A program made the position numbers and the translations under genes. Below the pieces are notes generated by a model. The model saw only the letters and a list, made by a program, of their open reading frames with translations, ran no database searches and was not told the DNA's origin. Shown here piece by piece: positions 54,134 to 64,000 of a DNA stretch of 64,000 nt. This DNA is from Octopus sinensis (Eukaryota): assembly GCF_006345805.1 (NCBI RefSeq), contig NC_042999.1:174096001-174160000 (forward strand), in the 5' to 3' direction. The stretch's first letter is position 1. The number at the start of each line of letters is the position of its first letter.

Positions 54134-55272
54134 TGTCTAATTGAAGTCTATAATCACTAATATTGTTCAAATACTAATTAGAAATAAATAAGAGCTATGA
54201 CCAATGCCAATGTGAATTTGAACAAACGTGGAGAAATAATTTGTAATATAGTTACATGACGAAAAACGCACTATTATCTTCCTTCTGGCACAGCAAGACA
54301 TTTCACTATCTACTTGAAACTTCAACCGATGTTGAGAAGTAATTCCAGATTCTTGTAAAACAAAAGTAAAAGTGAAATGGTTATTTGGGGTTGATATAAA
54401 GCATGTGAAACGAAAATCGAAAAACATATTGAGGTAGACCATTTTGCTTAACTGAGGCAGGTATATACCTCATGAGAGCGGTGCTTGGTTATTTTAAGTT
54501 TTATAAAATAGGATGTGTGTGTGTGTGTGTGTTAAGCGAACGTGCATATGCCCCTTATGACACCTTTTGTTTCTATTAAAGCTTTTAATTAGAGTGTTCT
54601 ATTAGTAATTAGAAGTTGAAAGCTTATATGAAATTAAACGAAAAGAATAGAACCATACAAAGAGAACAAAAACTAATACATTCAGACATTAACATCGCAA
54701 TATGATAATCTTTCTTTAGCCGGCTTAGACATAAAAGATTCCTGTGCAGTCGACTTATATTTGGTGTAGTCACTTGGGGATAACATAAAGCGAGGGAGAG
54801 AAAAAGACCAAGACTATTTTATACGTCATCGAAAATTGTCCAACCGAAATATGCGTATACAGTACTTTAGCGGTGGTTGTTTAAGGTTAATAAAATTTTA
54901 AGACATATACGTGATAAATGGCTGCAGATTCGATTAAACAAAGTCTTTGACTAGCAATATTCTATGACTAATTAAAGAGAATAAGACCTACAAATAATTA
55001 TTGTACGAGTGTAAAAATACGGGAAAAAAATTCATCTCTAATACAACCATACAGAGAAAATGCAAAGTTAACTTCTTAGCCGTGCATTACTTTGTTTCAC
55101 ACTACATACGTTAATCTTCGGCCGGTGATGAGTAAAGGCACCGTGAAACCGAAGAATACATGTGTGAGTGTGTGTGTGTGTGTAGCGGTTGATGATTACG
55201 TGCGGTTGATAAAAGCGTGCGAAACAGCAAAAGTAGACGAGACGAACGACTTTCTACACATACACACACACA

Positions 55273-55324
<52 letters not shown>

Positions 55325-55330
55325 TATATA

Positions 55331-55493
55331 TTTCTCTCCTTGTTTTTCTCCTTGTTTTTTCTGTGTCCCTTTCTGTAGAAGAGCGTAGGTTCGAAACGTA
55401 AAAGACTTTCTATTCCTGGGCGTTATACTAATACATCTGTTTGTTTTGTACACCACCTGCCTTCGTCTTTTCTTTCTTTCGTAAACTCTCCCT
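55331..55493 (+). mobile_element. Short (TA)n-embedded repeat with a minimal HHR-like motif
   Basis: ttt CTGTAGA A GAGC GTAG GTTC GAAAC GTA aaag (55370-55404); the same family 3' end is at 1-40. Confidence 0.6.
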
Positions 55494-55689
55494 ATATATA
55501 TATAGCTGAAAACACTACCTTACTTAGGCAGTGAAATGTTTCCGGAGTCTTCTACCGGGGATTATCTTACGTAGATTTCAAAACTACTTATGTATATATA
55601 TATAACATTATTTCTCTGACTCTCTTCTGTTTCTGCTATATATGTGTGTTTGAGTGTATGAGTGCAAATGTGTCTGTTTTGTACGTGAA

Positions 55690-55725
<36 letters not shown>

Positions 55726-56027
55726 TGCATGCGTGTGTGCATTTTTCGATCTCGACTATTTTTAATGCCAGATATAGTTTCTTAAGATCTCGTTTCATTA
55801 CTGTGCTTAAATTCCAAGAAAATGTCAACCAAACGTCCCCCATAAATTGTCCACGCATCTATCGTTATGCATGAAACGTATGTTCTACAAATAGTTCCAC
55901 ACACACGTCAAAGGGAATTTGCATACCAACACACAATCTTGTGTATAGATTATACATTAATTGCCACACCCTCGTTTTACCTTCTCCAAAATAATATTCT
56001 TTGTTCCACAGTATTATCAAATGCTTT

Positions 56028-56079
<52 letters not shown>

Positions 56080-56303
56080 GAAATTTGTGGTTGACTTCGT
56101 CTTTTATTCCTCCTGTACGTTCATTAGATTTAGTCATGTTCAGTGATTCAATCGATTGAATCAATCAATTATACAACGTATCCTATAATTTTCTTCAAAT
56201 CAATATTTTGATCATAGAAATCATCAGAATCATTATTGTTGCAGCTGTTGCATTTGTTGTTGTTGTTCTTCTTCTTCTTCACATTATTATTGTTAGTAGT
56301 AGC

Positions 56304-56361
<58 letters not shown>

Positions 56362-56373
56362 GTAGTGGTGGTG

Positions 56374-56409
<36 letters not shown>

Positions 56410-56433
56410 GTCGTAGTAGTAGTAGTAGTTGTT

Positions 56434-56471
<38 letters not shown>
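56028..56471. repeat. Trinucleotide arrays (GTA)n at 56028-56077 and compound (GTA/GTG/GTT)n at about 56250-56471
   Basis: Direct inspection; these explain the poly-T/S/V ORFs. Confidence 0.9.
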
Positions 56472-56851
56472 CATGAATTGAGAAATACATTTAAATTTCC
56501 TTTCTTAACAAATGCTGTGATTGTATCCCTCCCTTAATATTTAACGCTCCTCGTATAGCTATCAAATAAGATGGAAGGCACCATTCCTTCACTGTTCTAA
56601 AGGTTTTTTTCTTTTCTTAATTCAACAGAACAGCCAAGTTCGTGCTTTACCTTACCTTTCCTGCTCGCTTCTACGCAACGTTATAGTTATTTTTTATTGA
56701 TATGTTGGTCATGGGAAATAATGTTAGGTCTAAGATATGTAATAATAGTTGTCTATCTGAATGCTAAACTTCCATACCTTAGCCTTGTTATTTCCCAACA
56801 CAGACGATTATTCACATAAATACCACACAGCTATTTTGTTTTTGCTTCTGT

Positions 56852-57364
56852 GGAGGTGCAATGGCCCAATGGTTAGGGCAGCGGACTCGTGGTCGTAGGA
56901 TCGCGGTTTCGATTCCCAGAACGGGAATTGTGAGTGTTTATTGAGCGAAAACACCTAAAGCTCCACGAGGCTCCGGCAGGAGGTGGTGGTGGTGAACCTT
57001 GCTGTACTCTTTCACCACAACTTTCTCTCACTACATTCTTCCTGTTTCTGTTGTACCTGTATTTCAAAGGGCCAGCCTTGTCACACTCTGTGTCACGCTG
57101 AATCTCCCTGAGAACTATGTTAAGGGCACACGTGTCTGTGGAGTGCTCAGCCACTTCCACCTTAATACATGACCTGCGACGTCACTGGTGCCAAGCTGTA
57201 TCGGCCTTTACCTTTCCCTTCGATAACATCGGTGGCGTGGAGATGGGAGGTTGTATGCGTGGGCGACTGCTGGTCTTCCATAAACAACCTTGTCCAGACT
57301 TGTGCCTCGATGGGTAAAATTCTAGGTGCAATCCCATAGTCATTCATGACCGAAGGGGGTCACA
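56852..57364 (+). mobile_element. tRNA-derived SINE (family 3), full length with TSD
   Basis: Head ggaggtgcaatggcccaatggttagggcagcggactc..ggtttcgattccc; flanking direct repeat attttgtttt(t)gcttctgt at 56833-51 and 57365-82. Confidence 0.85.
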
Positions 57365-57589
57365 ATTTTGTTTTGCTTCTGTTTCTTTCTGTTTTTATTT
57401 CTTGGGGGAGTTGGGATTGCGTTAGGAGCTAATACATTAGTTTGCTATAGTGTCGTGTTTCTAGTTATATTTTGCCGGAGCTAGTGCGGGCGGCTGAATA
57501 CAAGGAGATATATTATTTACGAAAATACACAACATAAGCGCTATGTTATCTATATTGCAGGACATGTGGGTATTTCCATATAGCTAATG

Positions 57590-57790
57590 GTGAGGCAGTG
57601 AATACACAATCGTTAGAGTGTCGGATGAAATACCTCACGTTATTTGTTCTGAATTTCTGCGCGCTGAGTTCAAATCCCGCCGGGGCCAGCTTTGCGTTTC
57701 ATCCTTTCGATGTCAATAAAATTGTACCAATCTAGGATGGCGGACTGGCAGAGCTTTTAAAGAGTCGAGCGATAGATCTTGCGGAATTGC
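57590..57790 (+). mobile_element. Degenerate family-2-like SINE fragments
   Basis: ctgagttcaaatcccgccggggccagctttgcgtttcatcctttcga resembles 22378-22427. Confidence 0.55.
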
Positions 57791-57829
57791 TTTGTATTCT
57801 GACAACAATGCCTGCGACGATACTAGCGC

Positions 57830-58100
57830 TAGGTTGTATGGACCCAAGTTAGCAGCCTTTCCTTTGGATTAAAGACTGACATTTTGCCATCAGATGAAAC
57901 ATCCCACGCAAAATTAGGGTTTGTCGCGTTTTTCTATTTAATGTATTTATTTCATCCTTCACTATTTCGCCACTATAATTCACGACAGCAAACACTGACA
58001 TGTTGATCTGATGTAGAAGGTTTGATCTTTTGAAATATATATTTTCCATTTTTCCTTCATTTCTTAATGCACAATAGCATCCAGTTCCAATGTGCATAGA
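57830..58100 (-). mobile_element. R4/Dong-like LINE RT C-terminal fragment
   Basis: NLLHQINMSVFAVVNYSGEI..EINTLNRKTRQTLILRGMFH resembles AIN..AVPVxxYSxGI..LDRKTRKxLT. Confidence 0.65.
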
Positions 58101-58178
58101 TACTTGTATACACTGTCATCTCATGAGTTTATTCCATTAAAATGTACTATCATCCCTCTCTTCATTGCTCAAGCCACA

Positions 58179-58235
<57 letters not shown>

Positions 58236-58626
58236 GAGTGAGAGAGCAGTGCATGCCATCAAAGTGACACTGGGGTAAAATATACGAAGCCCAGTATACC
58301 CATCATGACTACCCGTCTAATAAGGGTACACCAGGCACATGCATCACAACTAAATGCGCACGACATTGTGTTCTCATAAAGATAAACAGTACATGACCTT
58401 GCAGGTGGGGCCTAGTTAGAATTTTCTTCAGGTCGCGTAACCCATCCCGCTCAAAAGGTCCCTGTATAAGGGTTGTTTAAAGATGTTTCCAGGGGTGAAT
58501 TATTCAAACCCCAAAGAATTTCGCTCAACACATGACTATGATGCTTTCCCACTATTCTTGCTCGTGATCAGAGATGCACATATTGTCAGCCACTAAGGGA
58601 CATGCTCAACTGGTTAAGATCAAACT
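58236..58626 (-). mobile_element. Unclassified retroposon-like repeat ending in an (AAT)n tail (58180-58235)
   Basis: GC-richer block of about 390 bp directly joined to (TTA)n; no ORF. Confidence 0.45.
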
Positions 58627-58680
58627 TCCTGGCCGTTTACCAAAATTTGAAACCATTATTATTAGCGTTGTTGTTGTTTT

Positions 58681-58712
<32 letters not shown>

Positions 58713-58714
58713 AT

Positions 58715-58930
58715 AAGGCGGTGATCTAGCAGAGTCCGTAACACGCTGGGCAAAATGCTTAGCGACATGTCGTCTGTCATTACATTCTGAATCCAAATTC
58801 TGCCGGAATCAACTCTACTTTTTATCCATTTGGGGTCGGTAAAATAATTAGCAGTTAAACACTGGGATCGATGTAATCTACTTACCCACTCCCCGCCAAG
58901 TTTGCTGGCATTGTGCCAAAATTTAAAATC
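58715..58930 (+). mobile_element. Degenerate family-2-like SINE
   Basis: aaggcggtgatctagcagag..acgctgggcaaaatgcttagcg..ttctgaatccaaattctgcc..ggggtcggtaaaata..actgggatcgatgtaatc. Confidence 0.7.
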
Positions 58931-59001
58931 ACCATTGTTGTATTGTTGCTGCTGCCACTGCTGCTGCTGTATGGATAGTGCATTGATGTTGATGCGTTCA
59001 C

Positions 59002-59043
59002 TCCCGCCGTTGGTGTGTGAATGACGTTTTATAAGCGTAACCT
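59002..59043 (-). CDS. Candidate 42-bp exon GYAYKTSFTHQRR
   Basis: tttactctgttttctacag| acceptor, |gtgaac donor; phase 2-2, compatible with 60703-60799. Confidence 0.2.
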
Positions 59044-60702
59044 CTGTAGAAAACAGAGTAAATTTTATTCAATTAAATTCTCCCCACTTTTAGAAAAGAA
59101 AGGAATTCTACAGAACATTTTTTTCCACTGCATCTCGTTCGGTTATTAACACCTTCCTCACAATTTGATTAATACATTCACGTGGTTATGTAGCGTAACA
59201 CTTTTTTACAAGGCGCCTTTTTCATGAGTCTTTAGTTTAATAAATTACTTTATTTGGATATTTTAAATTTTTCTTCTGCTTCAACTTGATTCATCATGGC
59301 GTCAAGTCAACTAAGCAACATCCACATCAAAAACACAATGGAAATAAGCATATCTACTAGAACAATACAAAACACATATAAACGAGTCTGCTTTGTTGCG
59401 AGATATGCATTTCGATAAACAGTAAATCTCGCATGTTCAAAAAAAAATGTTTAGTGAGTGGTTTTGATAAATTCTTTGGATCCAACAGCTAGAATGGCAT
59501 TGACACCTATACAGATAAGAATGTTGCCGAACAAAAATACACAAATGGAGGCACTTTGACCAAAATTAAACCCTAACATTCACTTGCCAGTGCGGAAGAG
59601 GCACTGTCCGAAGTGGAACAAAGGAAAAGTTGCATTCATAAGGATTCCATTCTTAACAGAAAAATTTTCGCCGGAGAGAGTAAGCATAATACTGAACTGC
59701 CTATGAATCACGAAGAAGGAACTTTCTATGCATCTTCGAAGAATCACTTTGAGAGATCTCTTGCAAATTCATGCACAAGCGTCCATAGAGAAAGATAAAG
59801 CCAACAGCATCTTCATGTGACTTCCAAATCCCAGCAGAATTTTGTTTTTTACCCCACATCAGACGTCTGTAAATATATTCTTTCCTGGCAAGAGTTGATA
59901 AACCAAGGCAAAGCAGTTAATTATTTTTCTCCATCTCCATTTATTCTGCAGTTATTTACTATATTTTGCTTCATTACATGCTTTTGTTATTTGTAGACGG
60001 AAAGGCTTTGACACTTTGTCTAATCAAGGACCATTCAATAACAGTTATGAGATCTACGCATCTCAACAAGAGTCAACAATTTTATTATCTGCCTTTTATG
60101 TGATTTCAGTTATCGGTTTTCTTTTTTTCTTTGTAACTATCTTTCAATTCATCCTCTGTTTTCTATATGTTGTCTTCATTGAAGACAGAAAACATTGGTT
60201 TGTTCGTGTTTTATACACATTTGTGTAAAATTTTCCAATTACTACTAAACACTTATGTACTCTTACAGTAGATATTTTAAAGAAGTTTTTAACTGCATAA
60301 GAAGCCGCCTCCCTACTACATTGTATTCGCGGTAAAGATCTTTATATAAAATTTAAGATCGCATAGTCTAAATGTGATCATTATTTTTTTTTTGTGTTTC
60401 TCTACTTTTGCTGGATCATTTAGCACCCATTTCAGAATATTATAACAATAACTTATTACAGAGTCATCGAAATGGCTCTTATCTTCGGTTTTGCATTTAC
60501 TTTTCTAAGTATAAATCTAATGCATTTATAATATTCTTTCTTAATCTTTTCCTAAATTTACTTGGAACATTGTGTATAAAATTTGTAATGTATATACAGG
60601 CGTGGAATGGTACTAGCTGTTACACTTTGTCTTAGAGAAACTTCTCTAGGAGATTTGTGCATTAAAAATCACAGGGTTTAACTCAAAGTGCTGGAGGCTC
60701 AC

Positions 60703-60799
60703 CTGGCAGGGTGTTTTGAACCTGATTTGACCTTCTCAGTGATGAATACCTTGGATAATCTGAGCCAAGCCGAAAACGCTTCTGTTACGATATGGAAAT
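60703..60799 (-). CDS. Candidate 97-bp exon FHIVTEAFSAWLRLSKVFITEKVKSGSKHPA
   Basis: tgttttatttacag| acceptor, CAG|gtgagc donor; only the phase 1-to-2 frame is open; no homology recognised. Confidence 0.3.
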
Positions 60800-61133
60800 C
60801 TGTAAATAAAACATTTTCTGATTCGTGCGAAAGCTAATCAGGCTAAACTTAATTTGATATATAGACTTCAAACAGCCTTACATCCAAATATAGGAGTAAG
60901 AACAAACATGGAATGACAGTATCTGGAATATTTCTTGTTAAAGAGATTTCGCTCAGAATGCCGATAGATCGCATGGCATGGTGTTTCAACAGGATTTGTT
61001 GTCCTCGGTAACGAATATCTCTTTTCTTTATATTGTTTTGTTGTTCTCATCCGATTTTTGTAAGCCAACATTCTGCAAGTCATCAAGAGTTTGGTTTGTC
61101 TCATTATTTAATTTGTTTATTTTATACGAGCTG

Positions 61134-61142
61134 TGTGTGTGT

Positions 61143-61224
<82 letters not shown>
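61134..61224. repeat. (TG)n microsatellite
   Basis: Direct inspection. Confidence 0.95.
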
Positions 61225-61227
<3 letters not shown>

Positions 61228-61419
61228 CAAGAGTTAAGGAATGGAGTAGATTCGGGCTACATATGTTTCATAACGAGCAGAACCTCCGAAGATAGAATGG
61301 ACAAGAATCGTGGTGACTACAACTAACAATCAATTAAGGAGTGTAAACTTACAAGTACATACGCCAACATACACCTCTACTACTTCATATTTGTAAACAC
61401 GCTTTACCGCACACAAATA

Positions 61420-62340
61420 TATCAGGCTGAAAGTAAGCAACGTTTTGAAGCATGAAATTCATCAATGCGGAAATTTTATTTATCAAAGTAAGGACCATTA
61501 CAATCAACACATTTTTGCCAACGAGTTACAAGTTTGTTTATTCCGGTAACATAAAAATCTGGAGTTCTGGAGCTGATGGACTCTTTGAATGCACTTTCAG
61601 GATTGGTTTTGAGTTTTTAACTCCTCTCGCAGGAAACCATCAAGGTGCTTGAGAAAATGGTAGTCGGTAGGAGAAAGGTCTGGGGAATAAGCTGGGTGGG
61701 GAAGAACTTCGTGGCCAAATTCCCTCAACTTCTAGAGCGTCATTATTGAAACGTGTGGGCGAGCATCGTCATGAAGAATGATTGGTTTTCTTCTATTAAC
61801 CAGTCTGCGACGGAGAAGCAGCGGTTTTTCGTTCATGTTGACAATTTCATGGCAATATGTTTCTGCAGTAATGGTTTTTCCAGGTTTTAAGAAGTTATAG
61901 TGGATGAGTCCAGCAGTTCACCACCAAACAGTCACCATAACCTTCTATTTGAAGAGCTCGGGTTTAGGGAAGGTTTTCGGTACTTCATTTCGATCCAACC
62001 ATTGCGAAGAACTTTTTTTTATTATTGTACAGAATCCACTTTTCCTCGCAAGTTACAATATGGTAGAGAATGTATCGGTCTGGTTACGGAGAAGAAGCAG
62101 AGAGCAAATTTCATATCTGCGCATTTTCTGATTTTCATTCAAATCGTGTGGTTTCCATTTATCGAGGTTTTTGATTTTCTGATCGCATGCAAATGGTTGA
62201 AGGCAGATTTTAGGCTAACTTTAGGCTAATTTTAGGCTAAGTTCTTTTGCCAGTTCTCGAGTGGTTTTACGTGGATCTTTCTCAATGATGAACGTAAACG
62301 ACAATGGTCAGACACCTGAGGTGCTCTAATCCGACCTGGA
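61420..62340 (-). mobile_element. Degenerate mariner transposon
   Basis: Minus-strand HDDARPHVSIMTL..EFGHEVLPHPAYSPDLSPTDYHFLKHLDGFL; 3' TIR-like gcttactttcagcctgata. Confidence 0.85.
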
Positions 62341-62915
62341 CAGTGGTTTCTCACTCGTGGGTGTGGGGTGGGGGTTACCTAATTTGTGTTTCATTGCTCA
62401 AATTGTTTCGATTATTCTATGTTTTATGTGATGTATTAATTTTATGTTTTTTAGGTTCCCCATATAATATCTTCACCACTTCTCCTGGCTTTAGATATCT
62501 TCTTGCCTATCTCCACGTTTTTGTAACCTCTGTTTTAAACATTTGAGTCTCTGTTTTAAAGGAGCTAATTGGTTGAAACAACTATTAGGGTGTTGAAAAA
62601 ATATATTGTGGTACAAAGCCATATCATTCCTCCCACTGACGTGGAAGCTGCTCAGTGGAATAATCACTGGTGAAATATACATTTATTGATGAGAATGGAA
62701 TTGTCTCTGTTTAATAGAATTGTAAACGAAATTGCATGGAAGCTAAAAACCAGCTACATATAGTTAAAATGGTGATGAAAAATTGTAAGCAAAAAAAGAC
62801 AAATTTAGCAATGGTCTAGATAAATAACAGCCAAGCCTATGGAATCGATGCTAGATGTGTCGAAACAATTGTCGTGATTAAGAATAAATTCTCGTATGTT
62901 CCATCTTCTGCCTTT

Positions 62916-62954
<39 letters not shown>

Positions 62955-62965
62955 TATATATATAT

Positions 62966-63090
62966 ACTAGCAGTATAATCCGGCTTTGCCCGAGATTAAT
63001 TTAGGATTATTAAGTTAATGAAGTTCTTTATTTCAAACCAAACTAAGTAACGTCGACGTCAAATTTGGACGAAATCCATTGAAATTGGTT

Positions 63091-63141
<51 letters not shown>

Positions 63142-63274
63142 ATGTATGTATGTATATAGATATAGATGGGCAACACACACACACATACACACACGTGTGT
63201 ATGTACACCTATTGCATACATGTTTTTTGTACTCATACATGTTATTGTGTGTGTGTGTGTGTGTATGTGTGTGT

Positions 63275-63306
<32 letters not shown>

Positions 63307-63635
63307 ATTACCCGTATATCAACAAATCACTTTTTTCCTCGATGGGAAAAAAACAACAAAATTCTTAACAAAAACTAACTCGTCGCTTGAAGGGACTTAA
63401 CTCCTGCTTACAAACAATGGTGATTTCCCTGAATTGAAAATTGTTAAAAGTTTTGGTTGAAAATTAATTTTTACTGCTATTCGCTGGTGCCTCTGGGATA
63501 AATAAGTTGATGAAAATACAGCTAGGATCATGACGAATGTCCTCCTAAAATTGGAGCGACATGCGTGCTAATTTGTGGACGTGCATAAATCACATTCACG
63601 CGCGCACACATACATCCTGCCTTTTATATATACAG

Positions 63636-63637
<2 letters not shown>
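62966..63637 (+). mobile_element. Non-autonomous Helitron/Helentron-like element (HINE/DINE-1-like)
   Basis: Starts actagcagtataatccggctttgcccg within (TA)n, contains an internal microsatellite, ends cacatacatcctgccttttatatatacagat; fits the general HINE layout, with no coding evidence. Confidence 0.45.
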
Positions 63638-63668
<31 letters not shown>

Positions 63669-63734
63669 ATATGTATAAACGTATATATATATTTATGTAT
63701 ATGTGTATATACATCTATGTATATGTGTGTATAT

Positions 63735-63809
<75 letters not shown>

Positions 63810-64000
63810 TATCATACATATATATATATATATATATGCACATATAATATATATATATATAAATATATTCCATATATATGTATATGTATATATGCTTATA
63901 TTTCTATATATGTACATATATATGCACACTCACTCATACAACACTCACACACACACATACACACACATACAGACACACGCGAGCACATTATGTGGACGAT

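Noticed and set aside
55110-55170. GTGATGAG...GAAAC inside a cttcgg/ccgaag hairpin
   Set aside because: C3 is missing, helix II does not close and no GUH follows helix III.
56169-56537. Poly-Thr / poly-Ser / poly-Val ORFs resembling mucins
   Set aside because: Open in several frames on both strands over a (GTA)n array; no splice or unique coding context.
59480-59800. Coding-like composition with a FTCQCGRG zinc-finger-like string
   Set aside because: Stops in all frames, no complete C2H2 spacing and no convincing splice pair.
61353-61426. Minus-strand exon candidate, phase-compatible with 60703-60799
   Set aside because: Its acceptor lies in the terminal inverted repeat of the mariner remnant, so it is probably fortuitous.

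Overview
AT-rich, intron- or intergenic-like eukaryotic DNA. It is inferred to be cephalopod (Octopus-type) from the dense (TA)n/(CA)n/(GATA)n/(TACA)n microsatellites and the tRNA-derived SINE families. No intact host gene, rRNA, true tRNA gene or CRISPR array can be supported, and most ORF-track entries are microsatellite artefacts. The window is a transposon graveyard: two L1/Tx1-clade LINEs, three RTE-like LINEs, R4/Dong-like RLE LINE pieces, at least five Penelope-like element (PLE) remnants, five Tc1/mariner remnants, Helitron/Helentron-like pieces and about seven SINEs. The signal not explained by the ORF track is a set of type-I hammerhead-ribozyme (HHR)-like motifs, each with a self-complementary helix III, in several unrelated (TA)n-embedded repeats. 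The best example is a young 432-nt tandem unit (39925-40605) with an apparently intact HHR, a second cleavage site one unit upstream, an ATG and a 79-nt spliceosomal-type intron. There are also two large fold-back elements (7.4-9.1 kb and 27.5-28.5 kb), a Tx1-like LINE sitting inside a (TATC)n array, and a 3' tail shared between the Tx1-like LINEs and one SINE family. A few low-confidence candidate host exons are listed. All translations, folds and identity estimates were made by eye; TE boundaries are approximate unless a TSD or TIR is quoted.
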